From: Sphaerodactylus townsendi
Taxonomy: Eukaryota
Length of the DNA stretch: 64,000 nt
Direction: 5' to 3'
Assembly: GCF_021028975.2 (NCBI RefSeq)
Contig: NC_059429.1
Span: forward strand, 100,688,001-100,752,000
Shown: in pieces, positions 63,729-64,000 of the stretch
How the letters are laid out: the number at the start of each line of letters is the position of its first letter
How positions within the stretch are numbered: position 1 is the first letter of the stretch
The notes under the pieces: model-generated
Told to the model about the DNA's origin: nothing
Databases searched by the model: none
Seen by the model: the letters and a program-made list of their open reading frames with translations, nothing else
Made by a program: the position numbers and the translations under genes

Positions 63729-64000
63729 AGAAAGTAACAGTGACACAAAACATTTATCTCAAAAACAGTGTGATTCCCTTTCAATATTTTGCAGAAAGCA
63801 ACAATATCAAGGTGTGATATTAAACAGGGATTAAGTAATTGATGTACTTGGCCTAATATAATTTTTTTTCAGGTAAATGCTTCTCATCTAACAGTAAAAC
63901 GTGCTACCGCCAATGGTGTATACCTGCTGGTTCAAATTTTATTCACAGTTTCATCACTTGATGACTGCAAAAGCCAATGATATATAAATAGGCCATTGCA

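Noticed and set aside
63924-63964. 41-nt minus exon upstream of the 62987 candidate
   Set aside because: In-frame stops in the phase needed to join it.
40739-64000. DSN1, expected from human synteny
   Set aside because: No SWRRxS/RRKSL-type exon or other DSN1-like peptide recognised on either strand.

Overview
Vertebrate genomic DNA, almost certainly a squamate and probably a gecko, inferred from Squam3-like SINEs with (CTT)n tails, 5S-derived SINEs, a SPIN MITE and Penelope fragments. 1-33 kb holds the last eight coding exons of MTCL2/SOGA1 (+ strand, all splice phases consistent, stop at 25468) and a probable ~8 kb 3' UTR. One intron carries a 3.6 kb non-autonomous hAT-type element (8-bp TSD) with captured SINE/MITE cargo and a 3.3-copy ~400 bp GC-rich tandem array. 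37-41.7 kb contains a CpG-island promoter whose two ends look like an inverted duplication of one promoter/first-exon/splice-donor cassette, plus an unidentified multi-exon minus-strand transcript candidate with a tandem RFX X-box upstream start. 50.5-58.5 kb is a young gammaretrovirus-like provirus (- strand; paired LTRs, 4-bp TSD, tRNA-Pro PBS, PPT) with recognisable gag-pro, no RT/RNase H, a decayed integrase remnant and a decayed env. The rest is SINEs, MITEs, L2/CR1/Penelope fragments, two assembly gaps and unassigned exon-like segments near 63 kb. All homology calls are by eye and from recalled motifs; no searches were run.
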